Positions 18,716 to 26,536 of a stretch of 28,926 bases of DNA are shown one piece after another. This stretch comes from Candidatus Eiseniibacteriota bacterium (GTDB taxonomy: Bacteria; Eisenbacteria; RBG-16-71-46; JABDJR01; JAWXBZ01). The position numbers were made by a program, and so were the translations under genes. The stretch's first letter is position 1. The number at the start of each line of letters is the position of its first letter. The notes beneath the pieces were generated by a model that made no database searches, had not been told where the DNA came from, and worked only from the letters and a program-made list of their open reading frames with translations. The stretch is taken from NCBI GenBank assembly GCA_034440375.1, contig JAWXBZ010000058.1, positions 1 to 28,926 of the forward strand, written 5' to 3'.

Positions 18716-18742
18716 TAAATACGATAAAGCTTATCTCCTTTA
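18716..18742. promoter_or_regulatory. Imperfect 12-3-12 inverted repeat, putative Rrf2 operator
   Basis: TAAATACGATAA-AGC-TTATCTCCTTTA (9/12 paired, core GATAA/TTATC). Overlaps the -10 and the expected start site, in an AT-rich gap. Confidence 0.6.
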
Positions 18743-18767
18743 TACACAATAAGGATTAGTCAATCAA
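18739..18767 (-). promoter_or_regulatory. Sigma70-type promoter of the nar operon
   Basis: Minus strand TTGATT (18767-18762), 17 nt spacer, TATAAA (18744-18739). Confidence 0.6.
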
Positions 18768-18795
18768 GAGAAAAATGCAGGGAAAATGATGGAGG

Positions 18796-19263
18796 TCAGG
18801 CTCCGGTTTGAACCCGGTCTTTGAGGCAGCTCATCAGGCACCGGCCGGCCTTTTTTCCGACCCGGACGCCGATCGGCCGGGCGGCCAGATCGGCCAGCGT
18901 CCAGCGGGAGAGAACCTCCACCGTGGCCCGATGAACCTCGTGCATCGCCTCATGGAAAGCGCAGATGCTCGCCACGCCGGTGGTGTCCTCGCAATAGCGT
19001 CCGACGATACGCCCCTGGAGCGCCTCAACCACCTCGATCAGCCGGATCTTGCCCGCCGGCCGGCTGAGCGTGACACCGCCGCGGGCGCCCCGGTGGGCCC
19101 GAAGAATGTCGGCCCGGACGAGTTGGCCGGTCACCTTGCTCAGATAGCTGGGAGACATCCCGGTGGCTTCCGCGATGACCCGCGGTGACAGGGGCTCGCC
19201 GCCCTTCCCCAGGGCCAGGTAAACGAGGGCCTGAATGCCGGCTTCGGTGGTTTTGGTCAGCAT
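18796..19263 (-). CDS. Second Rrf2-family regulator (paralog of 18209-18694)
   Basis: MLTKTTEAGIQALVYLA...YLSKVTGQLVRA...RGARGGVTLSRP...YC-x9-C-x2-H. Start at 19263 was chosen by alignment to the paralog. Confidence 0.88.
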   Translation of the reverse strand: MLTKTTEAGIQALVYLALGKGGEPLSPRVIAEATGMSPSYLSKVTGQLVRADILRAHRGARGGVTLSRPAGKIRLIEVVEALQGRIVGRYCEDTTGVASICAFHEAMHEVHRATVEVLSRWTLADLAARPIGVRVGKKAGRCLMSCLKDRVQTGA

Positions 19264-19319
19264 GGAACGGAAGACTCGCACGGATGAGCTGTGGGGCTCA
19301 ACCCGGAGTGACAGGTTCA

Positions 19320-19483
19320 CTGCCGCATGGCCGGGCCCGATAAGGATCCGCTGTCCGAAGTGCCGCGGGGAGCACCTCCTGGCCTTCTCCTGCCGGACGC
19401 GCAACTTCTGCCCGAGCTGCCAGGCGAAACGGGCCGCCCTGGTGGCCGAGAGGTTACTGAGCGGGATCCTGGCGCCGGTGCCG
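19320..19483 (+). mobile_element. IS91-family (Y2, rolling-circle) transposase zinc-binding domain remnant
   Basis: RIRCPKCRGEHLLAFSCRTRNFCPSCQAKRAAL...ILAPVP matches the IS91 Zn-domain pattern (R.RC..C....LAFSC..R..CPSC). The upstream 'LPHG.AR' is in another frame. It is cut off at the start of the DAACS copy. Confidence 0.8.
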
Positions 19484-20195
19484 ACGCTTCCAGGGGGGCC
19501 TCGAGGGGCTGTATGACGTCACGATGACGCTGATCGGGATCGTCATCCAACTGGCCCCGATCGGCGTGGCGGCATTGCTCTTCACGCTGACCGCGCAGCT
19601 CGGCTGGGATGTCCTGGTGCTGCTCGGCCGATACGTCTTTGTCGTCGTGCTCGGCCTCGCCATCCACCAGTTCGTCGTCTACTCATTGACCGTGCGCCTT
19701 CTTGGCGGCATGAACCCGATCACGTTCTTCCGCGGCATCACCGAAGCGATGCTGACCGCGTTTTCCACCGCCTCCAGCAATGCCACACTTCCCACCTCGA
19801 TTCGCGTGGCCGAGGAGAAACTCCATCTCCCCCCGGCCATCAGCCGATTCGTCCTGACCATCGGATCGACCGCCAACCAGAACGGCACGGCGCTCTTCGA
19901 AGGGGTGACCGTCCTCTTTCTGGCCCAGTTCTACGGCGTCGAACTTGGCCTCGGCCAGCAGGCGCTGGTGGTCTTCATCTGCATTCTGGGCGGCATCGGC
20001 ACGGCCGGCGTCCCGGCCGGATCCCTGCCGGTCATCGCGCTCATCCTCGGCATGGTCCATGTCCCGGTCGAAGGAATCGGCATCATCCTCGCCGTCGACC
20101 GATTTCTCGACATGTGCCGGACAACGCTCAATGTGACCGGCGATCTGGCGGCAGCGGTGGTGGTTTCGCGCGGAGAGACCCGACCGGTGGAGTGA
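19482..20195 (+). pseudogene. 5'-truncated duplicate of the DAACS symporter (direct repeat copy 2)
   Basis: Matches 3629-4342 and lacks the first 184 codons. It begins abruptly at the IS91 remnant. Confidence 0.9.
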
Positions 20196-20198
20196 TCC

Positions 20199-20224
20199 GG
20201 GCGGTGCCTCGGCCCCCACCGCTC
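20199..20224. terminator. Possible terminator hairpin after the truncated DAACS copy
   Basis: GCGGTG...CACCGC stem just after the stop codon, without a clear U-tract. Confidence 0.25.
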
Positions 20225-20549
20225 AGTTAATACCCGTCGGCGGCAACCTGAATCGTGTGGCTGTCGAGAACGTGCTGAGTCGGCGATGCGGCTCCGGCGA
20301 TGTTCAGCGTCCACTCGGTTCTGTTTCCGGGTGTCGTTAGAATTTCGGCACGGATCGTCCCAGCCGGCGCATAAGGCTCCCCCCGCCAGATTTTCTCCTC
20401 GAACGTCATGTCGAGATGGAGACGGGCGCGCAGATCCCGGAGCGTCGGCGGAGCAGGACCGTGGAATCGGTGGGCAATTGCGGCGAAAAGACAAATTCCA
20501 CCCCGCCGGCCGGAACCGGCAACCGCCCGTTCGTGTTAGCGTAGCCCGC

Positions 20550-21017
20550 ATGGATTTCGAAAAGCTGCTGGCACTTCTGCGCGAACTGGAACGGCACGGC
20601 GTCGACTACATGGTGGTCGGCGGCATTGCCTTGACCTTGCATGGCATCGTTCGCGCCACGGAAGACATTGATCTCTTCGTTCGAGCTGAAGCGACGAATG
20701 TCGAAAAGCTGAAGGATGCCCTTCGTGCCGTCTGGCCGGACCCTGAGATCGACCAGATCCGGGTTGCCGACCTGTCGGGTGACTACCCTACCGTTCGCTA
20801 CGTGCCGCCTGATGGAGGCCCCGTCGTCGATATCCTGGCGCGGTTGGGGACCGCTTTTTCGTTTGACGATCTTGAATCGGAAACGGCGAAGCTGGAAGGG
20901 ATCACGGTTCGCGTTGCCACGCCGGAAACGCTGTACCGAATGAAAAAGGACACGCTCCGTCTCATCGACAAGGCCGATGCCGAGGCGCTTCGCAAGAAAT
21001 TCGGACTGGAGAGCTGA
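20550..21017 (+). CDS. Nucleotidyltransferase-fold protein (AbiEii/MNT-like)
   Basis: V.Y.VVGG.AL.LHG..RATEDIDLFV and V.VATPE.L..MK....R..DKAD...L motifs. Confidence 0.82.
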   Translation: MDFEKLLALLRELERHGVDYMVVGGIALTLHGIVRATEDIDLFVRAEATNVEKLKDALRAVWPDPEIDQIRVADLSGDYPTVRYVPPDGGPVVDILARLGTAFSFDDLESETAKLEGITVRVATPETLYRMKKDTLRLIDKADAEALRKKFGLES

Positions 21018-21018
21018 G

Positions 21019-21210
21019 ATGCCCGTGTACCGCTTTCGATCACACGACGAGGCGCGACAGGCACTTTGGATCCCGACCGGGTCACCCGATCTGGCGAATC
21101 GGCTTCGCCGCTTCTGGGCGTTCATCGATCGTTTCCCGCGCCCGCGGCCTCTGCCTGGAGTGACACGCTTCCGGTCGATAGATGATCCCGACCGGCAGCG
21201 CCACGGCTGA
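21019..21210 (+). CDS. Small hypothetical partner protein (63 aa)
   Basis: ATG 1 nt after the NTase stop. Internal repeat PVYRFRSHDE / GVTRFRSIDD. Confidence 0.65.
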   Translation: MPVYRFRSHDEARQALWIPTGSPDLANRLRRFWAFIDRFPRPRPLPGVTRFRSIDDPDRQRHG

Positions 21211-21279
21211 ACGACCCGGCAGCGCCATGACCGAATGGTCCGCCACACTTGTTCCGGAACGAGTTGGTGGCCCCGTCCG

Positions 21280-22401
21280 TTACCCCAACAGAGCCGCCGG
21301 ATTGAGTGGTTTCAATTCATCCACCACGAACAACCCATCCTTGCGAACCAGCACGTCATCGAACCAGATTTCGCCGCCGCCGTATTCCGGGGTCTGGATC
21401 AGGACCATGTCCCAGTGGATCTGGCTGCGGTTGCCGTTGTCGGCGATCTCGTAGGCCTGGCCTGGCGTGAAGTGGATGGAGCCGGCGATCTTCTCGTCGA
21501 ACAGGATGTCCTTCATCGGCCTGGTAATGTAGGGGTTGAAGCCGATGGCGAATTCGCCGATATAGCGGGCGCCCTCGTCGGTGTCGAGGAATTCGTTGAG
21601 GCGCTCGGTGTCCGAACTCGTGGCTTTCACGATCTTGCCGTCCTTGAACTCGAGACGGATGTCGTCGAACGGCACCCCCTGGTAGATCGTCGGCGTGTTG
21701 TACGAGATGATGCCATTCACTGAATTCCGGACGGGGCTGGTGTAAACCTCCCCGTCGGGGATGTTCCGGAGGCCATCGCACTTGATGGCTGGAATCCCCT
21801 TGATTGAAAATGACAGGTCGGTGTCCTTCGCCACGAGCCGGACCCGGTCGGTGGCCATCATTCGTTTCTGCAGTGGTGTCATGGCCTCCGACATCCGCGA
21901 ATAGTCGAGATTGGCGCACACATCGAAGAAAAAGTCCTCGAATGCCTCCGTGCTCATGTTGGCCTGCTGCGCCATGGAGGGGGTCGGGTAGCGTAGAACC
22001 ACCCAGCGGGTGTGGTTGACCCGCCGCTGGCTGTGCACCGGGTTCCACCAGAGCTTCTGGTACAGGTTCATCCTGGCCTGGGGCACATCGGACAGCTCGG
22101 TGCTGTTTTCCGCGCCGCGAACCCCGATGTAGGCCTGCATCCGCTCCATCCAGTGCCGTTCCAGCTCCCCGGCCAGCCTCATGGAAGCCTCGTCGCCGAG
22201 CCGGTAGATCTCGCGGAGGATGCGGTTGTCCTTCAAGAGGACCACGGGGTTGGCACCGACCTCACGGGCCTCCCGGACCAGGGCCTGGACAAAATCGGCG
22301 GGTACATCGAATGCCTCGATCAACACGTTTTCGCCGGCCTTCAACCTGGTCGAGTAGCGAATCAGGTTGCGCGCGAGCTTTTCGATTCGAACATCCTTCA
22401 C
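21280..22401 (-). CDS. M29-family aminopeptidase (AmpS/AmpT/PepS-like)
   Basis: NIPDGEVYTSP, LDTDEGARYIGEFAIG, ILFDEKIAGSIHFTPG and N.SQIHWDMV motifs; GGAGG RBS. Confidence 0.93.
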   Translation of the reverse strand: MKDVRIEKLARNLIRYSTRLKAGENVLIEAFDVPADFVQALVREAREVGANPVVLLKDNRILREIYRLGDEASMRLAGELERHWMERMQAYIGVRGAENSTELSDVPQARMNLYQKLWWNPVHSQRRVNHTRWVVLRYPTPSMAQQANMSTEAFEDFFFDVCANLDYSRMSEAMTPLQKRMMATDRVRLVAKDTDLSFSIKGIPAIKCDGLRNIPDGEVYTSPVRNSVNGIISYNTPTIYQGVPFDDIRLEFKDGKIVKATSSDTERLNEFLDTDEGARYIGEFAIGFNPYITRPMKDILFDEKIAGSIHFTPGQAYEIADNGNRSQIHWDMVLIQTPEYGGGEIWFDDVLVRKDGLFVVDELKPLNPAALLG

Positions 22402-22692
22402 AAAGGACCTCCCAGGTTCAGAAGCCGGCGGCCGCAGGAGGCGACCACGCTTTCAGGCGACAATGAATTGCTTCCAAATGTTAAAGGATGGGGGAAATGA
22501 CCACCAGATGGCGTATTGATCAGTTTGTGCTGGAATTTTCAAGCAGCTGCACGCATCATCTGCCGCTAATCAGGGACAGCGACACTTCATCCTGACTCCA
22601 CATCATGTGTCCTGATCGCCACCTCGACGGACCGCGCCGAAGAGGCCGAACGACCGCCTGTATTCACAGCCCCCGCTGGCGAGGAGTCGAGC

Positions 22693-25600
22693 ATGAAGTG
22701 CGCAATTGCGCGGATTTTTTCCGTTGTCATGGTCAGTGTCAGTGTTCTAACCGGTGTCCCGTCGGCTGAGGCGGCCCCGGGTGCCGTCAAAACCTTCAAT
22801 CTGTACCTGCGCAATTACTTCGAGGCCGGCGATGCCCAGCGCCTCTCCCGGTATGATGCCATCGCCCTCGATGTGGACGCCCCCGCTTCGGTCCTGACAG
22901 AAATTAAATCGTTCAATCCCAACATCAAGATTTTGGCCTATATCCCGATCAACGGCACCTACGACAACGCCAACGTCTTTCCGGTCGGAAGTAAATGGCG
23001 CTCGGTTTGGGAGGCAGCCGAAACGAACAACTGGTGGCTGCGCGACACGCAGGGCGGCCTCATCTATGACCACCCCGGCAAGCGGACCACGAACTGCACG
23101 TTCTTCTGTCCGGTCAACGGGCAGGGTCAGAGCTATCTCGACTGGTTTCCCCAGTTCATCGCCGGGACGGTTCTTCAGAATGGCGCCGCGCCATGGGATG
23201 GCGTTCTCCTCGATGACGTCTGGATCGGTATCTGGTTCGTCGGCAACAACCGCGACCTGAACGCCTTTCCAATCGACGCCGACCGCGACGGGACAGGGGA
23301 CGACCAGCCCACCCTCGACGGCTTGTGGAAGGCGGGCAATGACTCGCTGGCGGCCCGGATCCGGCGATTGATGCCGGCTGCCGACATCATGATCGGCAAC
23401 GGCGGCAACTCGTTCGAACAGATGAACGGCTCCTACATCGAGTCATTTCCCTACAACGGCGCCATCGACCCGGGACACCCCCTGGGCTACTCGTGGACGG
23501 ACAAGATGTGGGGCGGCTACGGCTACTTTCCCAACGAGTCGATCTACAGCAACCAGCCACTGCGCATGAATGTCCTCAACGCCAAGTGGAGCCTGGGAGA
23601 TCGGATCGCTCCGATCACTTCACCAACGTTCGAGCGGCACAAACGGTTCTGCATGGCCTCGGCACTGCTGGGTGACGGCTACTCGTCCATGGAGCGCCAC
23701 GCATCTGACGGCGCCCACGACTCCATGTGGTGGTTCCCCGAGTACGACAAGCCGATCGGCACGCCAACCGGTCCGGCTTTCCAGGTCAGCTACAACGGCA
23801 CGACACTCTGGCGCCGGAACTATACGAACGGTGTCGTCCTGATCAATCCCAACTACACGACATTCACCGGCTCGACGGCCAACGCTATCCCCCCGATCGG
23901 ATGGGTCGATGCGCGCGTCCTCCTGACCAGCGAGATGTGGCAGGCAGAGAGCGTGCCGCCGGCGCCCCTCACCGACCTGGAAATCATCCGGACATGGAAC
24001 AACGCGGCGGAGGTGGGCTGGACCAACGTAGGCGACGACGGACTGAACGGCCAGGCGGTGCAGGTTGAGGTGCGCTACTCCTCGAACGTGATAACCGCCT
24101 CGAACTGGGCCCAGGCCACGGTGGCTACCGGTTCGCCGATCCCGGAGCTGCCGGGCGTCACCCAGAAGCACATCGTAGGAAATCTTCTTTCGGGACAATC
24201 CTGGTACTTCGCATCCAAGACGCGCGATCTGTCGGGCAACTGGGGTGCGATTTCCAATGTGATTTCCGGTGTCACCGTTCCGGGCGACATCGTGGCCCCG
24301 GCCGCGATCACCAACCTCGTCGTCACCACCACGAGCCCCACGACTGCGACGATCCAGTGGACTTCCACCGGCGACGATGACTTGATCGGCGCTCCTTCGA
24401 GCTTCGATGTGCGATATCGCGCCGGTTCGCTTTCGGAGTCGAACTGGGGCCAGGCGCTTCAGGTCGTCGGCGAGCCCGTGCCGGGAGTGGCCGGCACGAT
24501 CCACGAACTCACGCTGTACGGCATGTCCCCCTCCACCAGTTACCAGATCGGCATCAAGGTGTCCGACGAGATGCCCAACACCTCGGCCCTGTCGAATATC
24601 GCAACGGCGCTGACACAGGCGGGAGACTCCACTCCCCCCGCAGCCATCGCCGACTTCCGGATCATCGGCATCGGCACGAACACGATATCACTGGCCTGGA
24701 CCGCTCCCGGGGATGACGGGATAACGGGTCGGGCCAACCAGTACGACATGCGCTGGTCGAAAAACCCGATCAGCGCCGCCAACTTTGATCTGGCTGGCTA
24801 CTTTACGAGTGAACCGGGGCCGGCCCTGCCCGGATCCACTCAGACACTGACCGTCGGTATGGGAATCGGGTACACCTATTACTTCGCCTTGAAGACGATT
24901 GACGACTGGGGAAACGTCTCGGCCATCTCCAACATCCCCATTGGCACAACCAACACCACGGACACCGTGGCGCCGAACGCCATTTCGACGCTTGCAATCA
25001 CCGGCACCTCACTCACCACCGTAACGTTGGCCTGGACAGCCACGGGCGACGATGGCGGCACCGGGACGGCCTCCAGTTACGAATTGCGGTGGTCGAATCA
25101 GTTGATTACTCCCGCCAACTTCTCCTCCGCAACGCCGGTGCCCTGGATGCCGCTGCCAGCCGCGCCGGGGACGCAACAGTCCAAGGTGATCGATGGGCTG
25201 ACGTCCGGGCTCAATCATCACTTTGCCCTGCGCATTGCCGATGAACGCTCCAGCTGGTCAGCCATTTCCAATGTCGTCAATGCGACGACCGGCCCGGGTA
25301 TCGATTCTACGCCGCCGTCAACCATCACCGATTTTCGGGTCACGAACGTCACCATCAACAGTGCCACGGTGGCCTGGACGGTGCCGGGTGACGACGGAGG
25401 AACCGGGCAGGCGGCCTCCTACGACATGCGCTGGGCCTCGGCGCTCATTACAGAGGCCAATTTCGCCTCGCGCGGCTACATCACCACGGAGCCGGCGCCC
25501 GCCGCTTCGGGAACCACGCAGAGTATGACAGTCAACGGTTTTGGGCCCGGACGCACCTACTTCCTGGCATTGAAGACCTCCGACGAGCGGCCGAATTGGT

Positions 25601-26286
25601 CGGGCATGTCCAATGTCCTGGTGTTTACGACCCCGGTAGATGGTACGGCGCCCGCGGCCATCGCCAATCTCGACGGATTTCTGACCGCCGGAACTGAATT
25701 CAAGTCGACGTGGATCGCTCCCGGAGATGACGGCCTTGCCGGTACCGCCACGACTTACGACATGAGGTTGTCCACCCTGCCGATATCCGTGGCCGACTTC
25801 GACGCGGCGCCGGCGTTGGTCGGTGAGCCAGCACCGGCACTTGCAGGCACTCCCCAGAACTTTTCCATCGAGGATCTGGCCCTGGCCACAACCTACTGGC
25901 TGGCCATGCAGACCGTGGACGAAGCAGGCAATCGATCGCCGGTCAGCAACATCCTCTCGTTTACCACGCCATCCCAGGCGGGTATCGCAGGCCTTGGCCC
26001 GAGGGCAGTGGGCCTCCATCTTCGATCACCGAATCCGATGCGCGCCCATGCGCTGTTCGAACTGGTACTGCCGGTTGACACAACGGCGGAGGTGAGCATC
26101 GAGGTCTTCGACGTGCTGGGACGCGTTCGGCGGCAGTTTGCCCCCGCAGCCGCAGCGGCAGCTTCGCTGTCGATCGACTGGGACGGGTCCGACGACGCCG
26201 GTCGACATCTGCCCGACGGCATCTATTTTGTCAGCGCGGCGGCCGGAAACTTCAAGCGGGTCATCCGGGTGGTCATCGCCCGCTAG
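22693..26286 (+). CDS. Secreted putative glycoside hydrolase (GHL15-like TIM barrel) with 6 FN3-like repeats and a C-terminal FlgD-Ig/T9SS-like sorting domain
   Basis: Signal peptide (AEA|A). WDGVLLDD, IGNGG, NG..IE.F and IG.P.G...LWRR.Y.NG.VLINP motifs. Six repeats carry GDDG/GDDD. The C-terminal domain reads PNP...IEVFDVLGR...WDG.DD.GR.LP.GIYF. GAGGAG RBS. Confidence 0.8.
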   Translation: MKCAIARIFSVVMVSVSVLTGVPSAEAAPGAVKTFNLYLRNYFEAGDAQRLSRYDAIALDVDAPASVLTEIKSFNPNIKILAYIPINGTYDNANVFPVGSKWRSVWEAAETNNWWLRDTQGGLIYDHPGKRTTNCTFFCPVNGQGQSYLDWFPQFIAGTVLQNGAAPWDGVLLDDVWIGIWFVGNNRDLNAFPIDADRDGTGDDQPTLDGLWKAGNDSLAARIRRLMPAADIMIGNGGNSFEQMNGSYIESFPYNGAIDPGHPLGYSWTDKMWGGYGYFPNESIYSNQPLRMNVLNAKWSLGDRIAPITSPTFERHKRFCMASALLGDGYSSMERHASDGAHDSMWWFPEYDKPIGTPTGPAFQVSYNGTTLWRRNYTNGVVLINPNYTTFTGSTANAIPPIGWVDARVLLTSEMWQAESVPPAPLTDLEIIRTWNNAAEVGWTNVGDDGLNGQAVQVEVRYSSNVITASNWAQATVATGSPIPELPGVTQKHIVGNLLSGQSWYFASKTRDLSGNWGAISNVISGVTVPGDIVAPAAITNLVVTTTSPTTATIQWTSTGDDDLIGAPSSFDVRYRAGSLSESNWGQALQVVGEPVPGVAGTIHELTLYGMSPSTSYQIGIKVSDEMPNTSALSNIATALTQAGDSTPPAAIADFRIIGIGTNTISLAWTAPGDDGITGRANQYDMRWSKNPISAANFDLAGYFTSEPGPALPGSTQTLTVGMGIGYTYYFALKTIDDWGNVSAISNIPIGTTNTTDTVAPNAISTLAITGTSLTTVTLAWTATGDDGGTGTASSYELRWSNQLITPANFSSATPVPWMPLPAAPGTQQSKVIDGLTSGLNHHFALRIADERSSWSAISNVVNATTGPGIDSTPPSTITDFRVTNVTINSATVAWTVPGDDGGTGQAASYDMRWASALITEANFASRGYITTEPAPAASGTTQSMTVNGFGPGRTYFLALKTSDERPNWSGMSNVLVFTTPVDGTAPAAIANLDGFLTAGTEFKSTWIAPGDDGLAGTATTYDMRLSTLPISVADFDAAPALVGEPAPALAGTPQNFSIEDLALATTYWLAMQTVDEAGNRSPVSNILSFTTPSQAGIAGLGPRAVGLHLRSPNPMRAHALFELVLPVDTTAEVSIEVFDVLGRVRRQFAPAAAAAASLSIDWDGSDDAGRHLPDGIYFVSAAAGNFKRVIRVVIAR
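23947..25970 (+). repeat. Six tandem ~110-aa FN3-like repeats
   Basis: Approximate consensus D..(P/A)P..I..(L/F)...W.(A)(P/T)GDDG..G.A..Y(D/E).R.S...I...N(F/W)..A......P.P...G.....Y.FA....D...N.S..SN. Confidence 0.85.
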
Positions 26287-26444
26287 TCACTCCGCCCTCC
26301 GAGCCATTTCACCCACTCGCCGCGCACTCTGCACGACCATCGTGCAATCCCCGCACGGTGGCCGCAAGCTGCCTTGCCGGCCCACGGGATCAAATGGCCC
26401 CGTGATGCGGCGTAACTGTCGCCGCCCACGCATGTTCAAGAATC

Positions 26445-26461
26445 TGGCAAACCTGTTGCCA
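26445..26461 (+). promoter_or_regulatory. Sigma54-type -24/-12 promoter candidate (also palindromic)
   Basis: TGGCAAACCTGTTGC has GG (26446-47) and GC (26458-59) at canonical spacing, about 75 nt before the start at 26537. Confidence 0.5.
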
Positions 26462-26536
26462 TAAGAGTTACGACTGGCCCCGCTCTTGCCGTTGACTTCA
26501 TGGGTCTGGACGTCAACCCGGCAAAGGAGCCAGTGA

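Noticed and set aside
18750-18770. FNR/DNR box upstream of the operon
   Set aside because: Only a TTGAT half-site, with no ATCAA at the 4-nt spacing. It is better explained as the -35 element.
18796-19404. 202-aa extended Rrf2 as given in the ORF track
   Set aside because: The extra 47 codons are partly the antisense of the IS91 remnant. The paralog alignment places the start at 19263.
3629-20195. Repeat as a simple assembly duplication
   Set aside because: About 40 mostly synonymous differences show the copies are distinct sequences. A strain-chimeric join cannot be fully excluded without reads.
20286-20549. N-terminal extension of the nucleotidyltransferase (and similar extensions of ric, narK1 and DinB)
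   Set aside because: Low-complexity, non-homologous sequence. Downstream ATGs match family N-termini and/or RBS positions.
26446-26453. c-di-GMP-I riboswitch (GGCAAACC)
   Set aside because: The following GNRA-capped stem and second hairpin are not present.
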